Below, in pieces: positions 19,835 to 29,495 of a stretch of DNA of 34,820 nt. The DNA is from Hyphomicrobium sp. (lineage in GTDB: Bacteria > Pseudomonadota > Alphaproteobacteria > Rhizobiales > Hyphomicrobiaceae): positions 1 to 34,820 of the forward strand of contig JAYUCQ010000131.1 in the NCBI GenBank assembly GCA_043740265.1, in the 5' to 3' direction. Within the stretch, counting starts at the first letter, position 1; every line of letters starts with the position of its first letter. The translations under genes and the position numbers were made by a program. The notes beneath the pieces are model-generated. The model did not search any database. It was not told the DNA's origin and was given only the letters and a program-made list of their open reading frames with translations.

Positions 19835-20509
19835 ATGACAGACGCGCTGACCGACAACGTTCTTGTCCTTGTCCGCCACGGCGAAAGCGAGTGGAATCGC
19901 CTCAACTTGTTTACTGGCTGGCGCAACCCGGATCTGACGGAAAAAGGCTTGATCGAAGCGCGAGTTGCTGGCCGCATGATCCGCGATCACCGCATAAAAT
20001 TCGATGTTGCATTTACCAGCGGCTTGAAGCGGGCGCAGCACACCCTCGACATCATCCTGGCTGAAATCAATCAATCCGACGTGCCGATCGTGCGCGATAT
20101 TGCGCTCAATGAACGCGATTATGGCGAGCTCTCAGGTTTGAACAAAGACGAAGCCCGCAAGAAGTGGGGCGAAACGCAGGTCATGCAGTGGCGCAGGTCT
20201 TTTGATATCGCGCCCCCCGGCGGCGAAAGCCTGAAGGACACTTTGGCGCGCGTGAAGCCCTATTACGATAGCCAGATTTGGCCGCAAATTGCACAGGGCA
20301 AGAATGTCATCGTCGCGGCGCATGGCAATTCGCTGCGCGCCATGATGATGATTCTTGAAGGGCTCTCGGGCGACGAAATTTTGCGGCGCGAATTTGCAAC
20401 GGGCGCACCGATATTGTTCCGGCTTGGTGCCGATGGCCGTTCGATTGACCGCAAGGATTTGTTGCCGGCGCGGTCGCTTGCCGCTGAACCTGAAGACCGG
20501 ATTATGTAA
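19835..20509 (+). CDS. gpmA: 2,3-bisphosphoglycerate-dependent phosphoglycerate mutase
   Basis: Motifs [35 protein letters not shown]. Confidence 0.95.
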   Translation: MTDALTDNVLVLVRHGESEWNRLNLFTGWRNPDLTEKGLIEARVAGRMIRDHRIKFDVAFTSGLKRAQHTLDIILAEINQSDVPIVRDIALNERDYGELSGLNKDEARKKWGETQVMQWRRSFDIAPPGGESLKDTLARVKPYYDSQIWPQIAQGKNVIVAAHGNSLRAMMMILEGLSGDEILRREFATGAPILFRLGADGRSIDRKDLLPARSLAAEPEDRIM

Positions 20510-20563
20510 TTCCCAAGATTGGCGTTTTGAATAGATTTTACCGATAAGATTCGGAGTGAGCAT

Positions 20564-21160
20564 ATGGCGTGGGAGCAATTGGGACGGGACGCGGATGCCC
20601 ACAACGCTAAGTCACGCGACAAGCTAATAGGAATCTATATTGGCATTCTTGCCGTGGTGCTGGCTATTTGCAGCATGGGTGCGGGCAACGCCGCGCAGGA
20701 CGCGGCTCTGAAAAATATCGAAGCGTCGAATGCGTGGGCATTCTTCCAAGCCAAGAATGCCCGCCGCCAGGCCTTGCGGCTTCACGTTGATGACTTCGCG
20801 GTGATGCTGGCGGCGACGCCATCAATGCCGGACGACGTCAAAACGCTCATTAAAGGCAAAATCGAGGAATATCGTGAGCAGGACAAAAAGCTGACCAGCG
20901 ATCCCGAAAAGAAAGAAGGTCTCGATGAGCTTTGGAGCATAGCGAAAGCTTTGGAGACGGGGCGCGATGACGCCATGAAGCGCGGGCCGTATTTCGACTA
21001 TGGGCAAGCGCTGCTGCAAATCGCGATTGTTTTGGCGTCCATCGCCATCATTTCCGGCGGCAATTTTCTGCTGTTTGGCAGTTTTATTGTCGGCGCGTTG
21101 GGCGCTGTCGCGACCTTTGGCGGCTTCACCTTGGCGTTTCCTCTGCCGTTTGCAGGTTAG
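20564..21160 (+). CDS. DUF4337-like membrane protein
   Basis: ASNAWAFFQAKN and LLQIAIVLASIAII motifs, with N- and C-terminal TM segments. Confidence 0.8.
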   Translation: MAWEQLGRDADAHNAKSRDKLIGIYIGILAVVLAICSMGAGNAAQDAALKNIEASNAWAFFQAKNARRQALRLHVDDFAVMLAATPSMPDDVKTLIKGKIEEYREQDKKLTSDPEKKEGLDELWSIAKALETGRDDAMKRGPYFDYGQALLQIAIVLASIAIISGGNFLLFGSFIVGALGAVATFGGFTLAFPLPFAG

Positions 21161-21163
21161 GCG

Positions 21164-22165
21164 TTACTTGAGTTCGAGCGCTGTCTCTGCGGTCATCGCC
21201 GGAACGCCATCCCGCAAGATTTCGACCGTACCTTGGTAACGGCCGAGAGGCCACGGCGCGTTCGCCCGCTTCTTGCCTGCGTAAGCGATATAAGTTGCCT
21301 TGTTGCGCGGCAGCGGCTCGCTCACGTTCTCGATCAGGTCACCGGCCGGTCCTTTGGCGACAAAGTGAATTCTGTCGCCTGCAAGCAGATTTATGAACCG
21401 GCCATAAAATAGCAGCGCTGGCGACGTTGCCGTGAGTGTTGCGATTTTGGAGCTATCTTTTTCCAACGCGTCAAGATTGACCGGCTCGCCAGCAAAACCG
21501 GCACCGAGGATTTCCCCCTTCGCATATGGAAATGCCGTCGCGGCATCAGTCGTCCAAAGACCCGGCGATTTGGAGTCCTTTTGGCAACTGCCGTCCACTG
21601 CATCAGGTAAAAATGGATCGACGACTTTGCCGTTATGGCGCACCGACAGGTGCACGTGAGCGAAGTCAGCCATTCCCGAAAAGCCGACGTCTCCGAGGCG
21701 TTGGCCGCGCTTGATGTTCTGGCCCTTGGCGACGCTAACGCTGCCTTTCTTCATATGACAGTATTGCGTTTCCCAGCCGTTGCCGTGATCGATCACGACG
21801 CCGTTTCCGCATTCGTGGCCTTTGATGTCGCCGCTGGCATTTTCGCGGGCGAAAACATCGGTGACGCCGTCGCGCAGGCCTTTGACGATGCCATCTGCGG
21901 AAGCCAGCACCGGCACACCCGGCTCCGTGGCGGCCGCTGAAAGAACGCGGAAATCGACGCCAGAATGGCCATCATATGTCGCGCCGCCACAGGAAAAATC
22001 TTGCAGTCCTGGGCCTGGATCATCATCGACATAATTCTGAATGAAGCAGGTCTTGTGCGGCTCGCAGGCGAGCGGCAGCGACAGTTGCGGCCGGTCTTCC
22101 GCGATTGCTGGAAGAGCCAGCGCAACACCAAGCGTCAGCAAAGCAGACAGCCGTCGCAAGCCCAT
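21164..22165 (-). CDS. Secreted M23 family metallopeptidase
   Basis: Signal peptide, YDGHSGVDF (HxxxD), CGNGVVIDH, YCH, HVH (HxH), VDPF. Confidence 0.92.
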   Translation of the reverse strand: MGLRRLSALLTLGVALALPAIAEDRPQLSLPLACEPHKTCFIQNYVDDDPGPGLQDFSCGGATYDGHSGVDFRVLSAAATEPGVPVLASADGIVKGLRDGVTDVFARENASGDIKGHECGNGVVIDHGNGWETQYCHMKKGSVSVAKGQNIKRGQRLGDVGFSGMADFAHVHLSVRHNGKVVDPFLPDAVDGSCQKDSKSPGLWTTDAATAFPYAKGEILGAGFAGEPVNLDALEKDSSKIATLTATSPALLFYGRFINLLAGDRIHFVAKGPAGDLIENVSEPLPRNKATYIAYAGKKRANAPWPLGRYQGTVEILRDGVPAMTAETALELK

Positions 22166-22287
22166 GTGTGAACCCTTTGCTGCGCCAAAGTGCCATTGCC
22201 GCCAGGGGTCGCTTGCCGGGCGGCGGCGGAGACGCTAGCACTCCCTGCAATCGATTTCCTCTATTCTAGATAGCCCGCAGGACCCCC

Positions 22288-23403
22288 ATGACAACCCACG
22301 CGCTCCTTTTGCTCCCCGGCGACGGCATCGGCGTCGAAACCATCGCCGAAGTCGAGCGCTTGATCGCTTTCTTCAATGCGCGGAGTAACAAGGGCAAATT
22401 CGCGATCGAACGGGATTTGGTCGGCGGATCGGCTTTTGACGCGCACGGCGTTTCGATCACGGATGCCGCAATGGCCAAGGCCCAGAAGGCCGATGCCGTC
22501 ATGTTTGGTGCCGTTGGCGGGCCGAAGTGGGACAAGGTCCCCTATGAGCATCGCCCCGAAGCTGGTCTGTTGCGCTTGCGCAAGGATTTGGATCTCTTTG
22601 CCAACCTGCGGCCGGCGATTTGCTATCCGGCGCTGGCGGACGCGTCCAGCCTCAAACGTGAGCTGGTCGAAGGTCTCGACATCATGATCGTGCGCGAGCT
22701 GACGGGCGGCGTCTACTTCGGCGAGCCCAAAGAAATCGTGACGCTGGAAAATGGCGAACGCCGGGCCGTTGATACGCAGATCTATACCTCGCGTGAAATC
22801 GAGCGCATCGCCAAAGTGGCGTTTGATCTCGCCCGCAAGCGCGGCAACAAGGTGCATTCGGCCGAAAAGCGCAACGTCATGAAAACCGGCGTGCTGTGGA
22901 ACCAGGTCGTGACCGAAGTCCACAAATCCTACGCGCCCGACGTCATCCTTGAGCACATCCTGGCTGATAACTGCGCCATGCAGTTGATCCGCAACCCGAA
23001 GCAGTTTGACGTCATCGTCACCGACAACCTGTTTGGTGACGTCTTGTCGGATGAAGCGGCTATGATGACGGGTTCGCTCGGCATGCTGCCATCAGCCTCC
23101 TTGGGTGCGCCGGATGCCAAGACCGGCAAGCGCAAAGCGTTGTATGAGCCTGTGCATGGTTCAGCGCCTGATATCGCCGGTAAGGGCCTGGCCAATCCGA
23201 TCGCAACGATTGCCTCGTTTGGCATGGCGCTGCGCTATTCGTGCGACATGGGTGCTGAGGCCGATCTCATTGACAAGGCCATCTCAAGCGTCCTCGACAA
23301 GGGCCTGCGCACCGGCGACATCATGCAGCCGGGCATGACCCAGGTCGGCACCACGCAAATGGGTCAGGCAATTGAATCCGAGTTGAAGGCGCTGACGGCG
23401 TAA
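22288..23403 (+). CDS. leuB: 3-isopropylmalate dehydrogenase
   Basis: Motifs [45 protein letters not shown]. Confidence 0.98.
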   Translation: MTTHALLLLPGDGIGVETIAEVERLIAFFNARSNKGKFAIERDLVGGSAFDAHGVSITDAAMAKAQKADAVMFGAVGGPKWDKVPYEHRPEAGLLRLRKDLDLFANLRPAICYPALADASSLKRELVEGLDIMIVRELTGGVYFGEPKEIVTLENGERRAVDTQIYTSREIERIAKVAFDLARKRGNKVHSAEKRNVMKTGVLWNQVVTEVHKSYAPDVILEHILADNCAMQLIRNPKQFDVIVTDNLFGDVLSDEAAMMTGSLGMLPSASLGAPDAKTGKRKALYEPVHGSAPDIAGKGLANPIATIASFGMALRYSCDMGAEADLIDKAISSVLDKGLRTGDIMQPGMTQVGTTQMGQAIESELKALTA

Positions 23404-23581
23404 GCGGTCGAACCTGCCCGGACCCTTACAGCAATGACCACTACAACAATTAATAATCCGTTGACAAATCAGCCTCTTCGCGCATTGCCCTCATCGTGAG
23501 ACACTCGTCCAAAGTGATTCGGGGATTGGTGCGCCGCTTGGTTCTACAAGCAGCGCCGAGTGGGCGGGGGCCGGCACTACG

Positions 23582-24697
23582 ATGACGACGTCGAACGAAC
23601 TGCGGGCCGGCCTTCTGGCGGTCGCGAAAAGGTCGGTCAGTATTATGACCGCCTGCAGCAACGAGGAGAGCACGAAGCTTTATCTCGTGCTGCCTTTTCT
23701 CGGGCTGCTAGGGTACGACTATGCCAATCCTTATGAAGTTTATCCCGAGCACGCAGCCTCGCCGGATTGCAAAGCCGACTTTGCCATTCTTCGCGACGGC
23801 ATGCCGGTCATCGCCATCGACGCCCGAAAAGCTGGTGCCGATCTTTTTGAAGAACGCAATAAACTTGGCCGCTATTTCAATGCGATGGCAGAAGTCAAAC
23901 TGGCGATCCTCACCAACGGCACGCTGTTTGAGTTTTTTGTCGATTCAAGTTCGCCCAACACGATGGACGGCGAGCCATTTCTGACGATCGATCTAGAGAC
24001 GATTGCGCGCGCCGGCGTGGCGGATGAAATTCTCGAAGCTCTGATCGCGGCGACGAAAGATCACTACGATCCTGAAACGATTGCTGAAGCCGCTCACGTG
24101 CAGCTCGTCAAGAAGCGGCTGAGAAGCGTGTTCGTCGATGAAGCCAAGGGGCCATCGGAAGAATTCTGCCGTTTCGCCCTGACGCGGATTGGCCTCGGTT
24201 CGGTGCGCAAAGAGGCGGTTGCCCGCTATTATGCACCCCTCGTCAAGAACGCCTTTGAAGAAAGCCTCATTGTTCCTGTTGTCGAGCGCCTCAAAGCCCA
24301 ATCGGCCGGCGACGCCCGCGCCAATCCGATGTCGCTGCATCAAATCGGCCAGCGCATCGCGACGACCGAACATCAGCTGGAAATGTTCAATTATGTCCGC
24401 CGCCGCCTCGCCTTTTTGGCCGAGGACGAGTCTATGTTCGACGCCATCGAAAACGTCCGCTACATTGATTATGTTGGCCGCATATGCGTGTTCTACGACC
24501 GCGAGCGCAAAGGCCGGCTGTTCGACTATATCGAGGGCGCTGACGGCTACGATAAATACATTTTCCCCGATCCCATCGGTGAGATCGTGTCGAACAACGT
24601 GCTTGAAATTGACACGGCATTGAAGACAGTCTTCGCGGCGCGCGTGAGAGAGCTGGGCGGACTTTCCCAGCACCAGAAGCTCGCGCGGATCGCTTAA
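23582..24697 (+). CDS. Solitary HsdR N-terminal-like (PD-(D/E)xK) domain protein, catalytic motif atypical
   Basis: NEESTK..LVLPFL..LGYD..NP.EV.PE, KADFAI, RYFNA...AILTNG, MDGEPFL. No helicase domain and no hsdM/hsdS nearby. Confidence 0.8.
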   Translation: MTTSNELRAGLLAVAKRSVSIMTACSNEESTKLYLVLPFLGLLGYDYANPYEVYPEHAASPDCKADFAILRDGMPVIAIDARKAGADLFEERNKLGRYFNAMAEVKLAILTNGTLFEFFVDSSSPNTMDGEPFLTIDLETIARAGVADEILEALIAATKDHYDPETIAEAAHVQLVKKRLRSVFVDEAKGPSEEFCRFALTRIGLGSVRKEAVARYYAPLVKNAFEESLIVPVVERLKAQSAGDARANPMSLHQIGQRIATTEHQLEMFNYVRRRLAFLAEDESMFDAIENVRYIDYVGRICVFYDRERKGRLFDYIEGADGYDKYIFPDPIGEIVSNNVLEIDTALKTVFAARVRELGGLSQHQKLARIA

Positions 24698-24740
24698 CCG
24701 CGGGAACCGGCGTCACGGTTCCTCTTGATTAGAGGCACCT

Positions 24741-25547
24741 ATGGCGAGCAATCTCTCGACCATCGGCTTTGTGTTCGCTGACGAGGATAGTTTCCGGTCA
24801 GCTATGGTGACGTGCGCCGGTGAAGCCACCGCGCGGCTGGCCTGCTCTTGCGGCAACTACGGCATATGGCGTTCCCGCACCGGGGCTGAGGTGTGGTTTC
24901 ACTTCGGCGAAGCTGACGATGGCGGCACTGAAATTTTTGGCCTGACGCCATTCTTTGAGGGCCAAAGCGATGTTGCACTCAACATCACCGGGCCCGTTGT
25001 GCGCGGCGGAGATAACCCGTTCGAAGGCTCGATGACCGGTTGGGTCATTCCGCTCGAATCGGGGCCAGATCAGCCCCGCGAAGGCAGCTATCCCGTCGTG
25101 TTTGATGCGGTCGATTACGCTGCGCAGGGCATATCGGCGTGGCCGGTGATCCGGCATGTCCGGCTCTCGTGTTTTGCGCGCGAGTTGCAAGTCTTTGCTG
25201 ACGAGGCTGCCTATTACGCGGCGCGCGGCGCACCTGACGCCGAACATCCAAAACTGTCAGCCCATGCATTTATTCCAGTAGGCCTCTTCGCCGTTGCGCA
25301 GGACGTGAACGGCGACGCCGATTCGCCGCCGCAAGCGCCAACTTCGGCAGCGCTGCTGACCGGCAAGATCTTAGAGCATCGAACATACACAAACGAAGCG
25401 ACGGGCAAGGATTTTGTCTGGCTGCTGGTCGAGAGCTTAGAGGCGACCTTTGACATCCTCGCCGACCCGGCCGTTATCACGGGTGAGATTGCCGACGGTG
25501 CCACGATCGAAGCAGCCGTATGGATTTTCGGCCGGTTTCTGGATTAA
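24741..25547 (+). CDS. Hypothetical protein, DUF3881-like
   Basis: N-terminal SNLSTIGF and C-terminal G.I......TNEATG..F....VE....FDI.......GE...G..I...VWIFGR resemble DUF3881 proteins. Recognised by eye. Confidence 0.7.
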   Translation: MASNLSTIGFVFADEDSFRSAMVTCAGEATARLACSCGNYGIWRSRTGAEVWFHFGEADDGGTEIFGLTPFFEGQSDVALNITGPVVRGGDNPFEGSMTGWVIPLESGPDQPREGSYPVVFDAVDYAAQGISAWPVIRHVRLSCFARELQVFADEAAYYAARGAPDAEHPKLSAHAFIPVGLFAVAQDVNGDADSPPQAPTSAALLTGKILEHRTYTNEATGKDFVWLLVESLEATFDILADPAVITGEIADGATIEAAVWIFGRFLD

Positions 25548-25548
25548 C

Positions 25549-25659
25549 ACCCGTCATCCGGACGCGACGCAGCATACTTTAATGTTGCGGCGCTGATCCG
25601 GGACCTTCTGCTCAGCAAGATCCCGTATCTGCGCTGCACGCGCGTACGGGATGACGGGT
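25549..25659. repeat. Palindromic intergenic repeat / MITE-like element (CGTC type)
   Basis: Perfect 11-bp terminal inverted repeat ACCCGTCATCC...GGATGACGGGT with internal imperfect hairpins, between convergent genes. Confidence 0.8.
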
Positions 25660-25667
25660 TAGTTGTT

Positions 25668-26108
25668 TCAAACGTTGGCGCCATCCTGGCAGGCGTTGGG
25701 TTCACCGCTGACTGATCCTCGCGCTGTCCAAGATGGCTTTGAATCTTCTGGACCGGGAGCTGCCTCTTCACTGCGCGCCGCGAAATAAAACTCGAAGCAA
25801 TTGGCCCCGGCCCGGCTGACACGGAAGCATCCTCCCGTGGGATCGGTATCGTAAATGGTGCACAGCGTTCCCGCCGTGATCGACCAATGGCCGCCGATTT
25901 GCGCTCCATTTTCAAAGTATTCGATGCGACCGTCGCTGAGATACCGTTCGGTAAAAGCCCGGCCGTTGCCATAGCGGCCCTCCAGCGTTTTACCTGTCAG
26001 CGCTCTTGAAATATCGGCGCCTTGTAGCCAAATCTCCGGCGCGTCGTTAGCTCGGACGCTGAGGCCGTTGAAGAGCAAGACCGCCATCCAAATTACCAGC
26101 AGTTGCAT
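25668..26108 (-). CDS. Small secreted protein (DUF995-like beta fold)
   Basis: Signal peptide, L.G.DI...L.GKT, G.W.I....LC..Y...CF.V. Four cysteines. Confidence 0.75.
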   Translation of the reverse strand: MQLLVIWMAVLLFNGLSVRANDAPEIWLQGADISRALTGKTLEGRYGNGRAFTERYLSDGRIEYFENGAQIGGHWSITAGTLCTIYDTDPTGGCFRVSRAGANCFEFYFAARSEEAAPGPEDSKPSWTARGSVSGEPNACQDGANV

Positions 26109-26334
26109 GCGATTTTTATCCAGTATTCAGACCAACAACGTCCTTCAGTAGCGGCTGAAAATGGCGAAACTTGCTGCTTTCCGGCTTCAGTGGCGCAGTC
26201 TGGTCAAAATCCTTGAAACTGCGAGCCGAGCCCGGTAAGTCTCGGCCTAATCACGCAACCCCACCAAACTTGGCGCGCTCGGCTCGGCATCAGCGCCCGC
26301 AATCAGCGCTGCTCCTGAAGGAAACCGAAAAACT

Positions 26335-27363
26335 ATGGGCTACAAAGTTGCAATCGTTGGCGTTACCGGCAACGTCGGCCGTGAAATGCTGAACGTTCTG
26401 GCTGAGCGCAAATTTCCCGTCGACGAGCTTCACGCCTTGGCGTCGCGCCGCTCGGCTGGCCGGGAAGTCATGTTCGGCGAAAAGACTTTGAAATGCAAAG
26501 TCCTCGAGACCTTTGATTTCAAGGGCATCGATATTTGCTTGATGTCGGCTGGATCAGCGGTTGCGAAAGAGCATGCGTTGAAGATCGGAGCGACAGGCTG
26601 TGTCGTCATCGATAACTCATCGTTCTGGCGCTACGACCAGGATGTTCCCCTGATTGTTCCTGAGGTCAACGCAGCCGCGATTGCCGGCTACACCAAGAAG
26701 AACATCATCGCCAACCCCAACTGCTCGACAGCGCAGATGGTCGTTGCCTTGAAGCCTTTGCATGATGCCGCAACGATCACGCGCGTTGTCGTCTCGACCT
26801 ATCAATCGGTATCGGGTGCGGGCAAGGACGCGATGGATGAGCTTTGGGCCCAGACCAAGGGCAAGTACGTGCCTGGTCAGGAAATGGAGCCGAAGATGTT
26901 TCCCAAGCAGATTGCGTTCAACTGCATTCCGCACATCGATGTCTTCATGGAAGACGGCTACACCAAAGAAGAATGGAAGATGCTGGTGGAAACCAAGAAG
27001 ATCTTGGACCCCAAAATCAAAGTCACGGCCACGTGCGTGCGGGTGCCGGTGTTCGTCAGCCATTGCGAGTCGGTCAATATCGAGTTTGCCAAGCCGATTT
27101 CAGCCGATGAGGCGCGCGAAATTTTGCGTAACGCTCCGGGCATCGCCGTTGTCGATAAGCGCGAACCGGGTGGATACATCACGCCGGTTGAAGCGGCCGG
27201 CGAGTTCGCGACCTATGTCTCGCGGATCCGCGAGGACTCCACGGTGCCGAACGGTCTGGCGATGTGGATCGTTTCCGACAATCTTCTCAAGGGCGCGGCA
27301 CTCAACGCAGTGCAAATTGCCGAAGAGCTTGTGCGATTGAAGCAGTTTAAAAAAGTCGCCTAA
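26335..27363 (+). CDS. asd: Aspartate-semialdehyde dehydrogenase
   Basis: Motifs VGVTGNVG, IDNSS, ANPNCST, TYQSVSGAG, TCVRVPV, DNLLKGAALN. Confidence 0.98.
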   Translation: MGYKVAIVGVTGNVGREMLNVLAERKFPVDELHALASRRSAGREVMFGEKTLKCKVLETFDFKGIDICLMSAGSAVAKEHALKIGATGCVVIDNSSFWRYDQDVPLIVPEVNAAAIAGYTKKNIIANPNCSTAQMVVALKPLHDAATITRVVVSTYQSVSGAGKDAMDELWAQTKGKYVPGQEMEPKMFPKQIAFNCIPHIDVFMEDGYTKEEWKMLVETKKILDPKIKVTATCVRVPVFVSHCESVNIEFAKPISADEAREILRNAPGIAVVDKREPGGYITPVEAAGEFATYVSRIREDSTVPNGLAMWIVSDNLLKGAALNAVQIAEELVRLKQFKKVA

Positions 27364-27418
27364 AAAAAACCCGGCAAAATATGCGTCGAGACACTGGGCA
27401 GTAAGCCGCTTGACCGGC

Positions 27419-27901
27419 TTACTTCTTTCCTGGCGCGTCTTTCATTTGCATGCGGGTGAGGGCTTGAACGATTGCGTTCAAATCCTGCAGCAACCGGTCA
27501 CGCTGGGCTGCAGGCAGGCCCGCCAGAATACGCTCATCGACCTTGCGGGCGAGCGGATCGACGGACTTGAGAACCCGCCACCCTTCGTCTGTCAGCTTGA
27601 CGGCATAGGCGCGCGCGTCTTCCCGCGTTCTGCGGCGCTGCAAAAGGCCCTTCTTCAACATGCGGCGGACAATGTCGGCCAGCGTCGAGCGATCGATACC
27701 GGTGCGCTCGACCAGGTGCGTTTGGCTCAGGCCCTCGTTTTGAGAGACGGTCACAAGTACCGCGAACTGACGCGGCGTCACGTCGCCTGAACCGAGTTCG
27801 GTTTGAAACACTTCAGCTGCACACTGTCCGGCGCGATGTAGAAGGTGAAGGGGAGAGCGCTCCAAGCGATTGGCAGCTGTTTCACGGGCCATTTCAAGCA
27901 T
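27419..27901 (-). CDS. MarR family transcriptional regulator
   Basis: TPRQFAVL, SQTHLVERTGIDRSTL, R...DAR...VKLT..G winged-helix pattern. Confidence 0.93.
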   Translation of the reverse strand: MLEMARETAANRLERSPLHLLHRAGQCAAEVFQTELGSGDVTPRQFAVLVTVSQNEGLSQTHLVERTGIDRSTLADIVRRMLKKGLLQRRRTREDARAYAVKLTDEGWRVLKSVDPLARKVDERILAGLPAAQRDRLLQDLNAIVQALTRMQMKDAPGKK

Positions 27902-28164
27902 CCTAAGAAATCAAAAAATCGGTGCGGTTCAGTTGTACGGCCTACCCAAAATGAGGTACACTCAGCTCAGGCTGTGGGTACCAACGGCAATCAAATGAAC
28001 AGCCTTCAGTATGCAACTTCAATCACAATTCAGTAGTCAACGTCTAGCAAAATTGAATGATGCCGCTAACGAAACCTTGCGGAACAATATTTAAATCTGG
28101 CGTTGTCTGAGTATCTGTTAAGATATATTCAGTACTTCAACTTTTCCAGCACTCCCGAATACTG

Positions 28165-28779
28165 CTAGCGCAATTCATGGCGCTTTAACAAGCCTATTTG
28201 AGCCACTGCGAACACCATCGTTATTGGCATAATGCCGAAGACCTTGAAACTAACCCAGAAATCAGTCGAGAAGCTGCGCCAGACGACTTCGTTCAGCAGG
28301 GCCAGGAAGATAAAGAAGCATCCCCAGCGGATCGTGAGTTTGCGCCAACCGGCTTTCGTGAGGTGAAATACGTCGCCGAACACGATTTTGAGCAGAATTT
28401 GCCCGTTTGCCAAGCCGCCGAACAGTATTGCGGCAAACAAAGCGTTAACGATTGTGGGCTTCAGTTTGATGAACTGATCGTTCTGCAACCACAACGTTAG
28501 GCCGCCAAAAACGAGTACGAAAAAGCCGGAGACGAGCGGCATCGTCGGGACTCGGCCGAGCAAGGCGCGGGACGCGACAAGCGCCACAAGGGTCGCGGCC
28601 ATGAAGGCACCCGTGCCGTAGAAAATGGCTTGCTTAGGTTCCGTTATGTACTTGCCGGCCTGCCAATTGGTGACAAAGAACACGATCAAAGGGCCGAATT
28701 CCACCAAAAGCTTGACGAGCTGTTTGCGGTCAAACTCGATCTCAGCGGGAGCCGGGGCGTCCTGATCTTTTTCCGTCAT
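28165..28779 (-). CDS. yciB: Inner membrane protein YciB/IspZ (canonical copy)
   Basis: EFGPLIVFF, FGGLTL.L....FIKLKPTI.N.LF, W..L..RW..FF, NEVVWR....DFWV.FKVFG. Confidence 0.92.
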   Translation of the reverse strand: MTEKDQDAPAPAEIEFDRKQLVKLLVEFGPLIVFFVTNWQAGKYITEPKQAIFYGTGAFMAATLVALVASRALLGRVPTMPLVSGFFVLVFGGLTLWLQNDQFIKLKPTIVNALFAAILFGGLANGQILLKIVFGDVFHLTKAGWRKLTIRWGCFFIFLALLNEVVWRSFSTDFWVSFKVFGIMPITMVFAVAQIGLLKRHELR

Positions 28780-28791
28780 CGAAAGCGGTCC

Positions 28792-29430
28792 TCACTCAGC
28801 GGGCGGCGGCAGCCGGTACTTGTGCATAATGCGCGTCATCAGCCAGGCGTATATTCCGCTGATGGGCAAGACGATCGCAATCTTAAAGAACACCCAGATG
28901 TTTATGCCGCTCATCTGATGGCCAAAAAAGTGATAAATTTCTGCGCCGTGGAATGTCTGTCTTACGTATTCGTTGGCAACGGCCGTCAACAGGAAGAAAG
29001 CGGCGAAACTCAGCGTGAACTGGTTCCAGCCTTTCTCGGTGTAGTGGAATGTTTTCTCAAAAGCGTATTTGAAAAAGTTACGCTTGGTCCACAGCCCAAA
29101 GAGCAGAAATGCGGCAAACAAAGCGTTGAAAATCGTAACCTTGATTTGCACCCACATCGGATTGTCTGTGGCGAGTGCCAGAAATCCGAAAATGATTGTA
29201 ACGCCGGAGGCGATCAAGGGAAAAACCGGAAACCGCTTCAACACCAGCTTCATGACGATGACGGCGAGGATCGTCGTCGATATGATCGCGATCGTGCCGT
29301 GCCGCAGCGTCGGGTCGGTATCTGAGTAGATTGCGTTGACCACGAACATTGCGATCAGCGGGCCAAACTCGCTCAGGATATTGACCGTCTGCTCGGCGGT
29401 GAAAGGGAAGAAACGCCTTTTCTCATTCAT
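28792..29430 (-). CDS. YciB/IspZ family protein (divergent paralog)
   Basis: EFGPLIAMF, WVQIKVTIFNALF, GW..F...FA.FF, NEYVR, WVFFK. Confidence 0.85.
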   Translation of the reverse strand: MNEKRRFFPFTAEQTVNILSEFGPLIAMFVVNAIYSDTDPTLRHGTIAIISTTILAVIVMKLVLKRFPVFPLIASGVTIIFGFLALATDNPMWVQIKVTIFNALFAAFLLFGLWTKRNFFKYAFEKTFHYTEKGWNQFTLSFAAFFLLTAVANEYVRQTFHGAEIYHFFGHQMSGINIWVFFKIAIVLPISGIYAWLMTRIMHKYRLPPPAE

Positions 29431-29495
29431 CGCCAGCGCGTTCCCTGCTCAAAAGATATTGAACTGTATCGTGTCGTCTAAGAGGTCTTAAATTT

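Noticed and set aside
23582-24697. Complete type I restriction-modification system
   Set aside because: No hsdM, no hsdS and no helicase/translocase domain.
28008-28018. AGTATGCAACT pseudo-palindrome upstream of marR as an autoregulatory operator
   Set aside because: Short and imperfect, not distinguishable from background in an AT-rich spacer.
28081-28104. GGAAC-N15-CGTT EcfG-like motif
   Set aside because: Spacer is one base short and it points antisense into the yciB 3' end.
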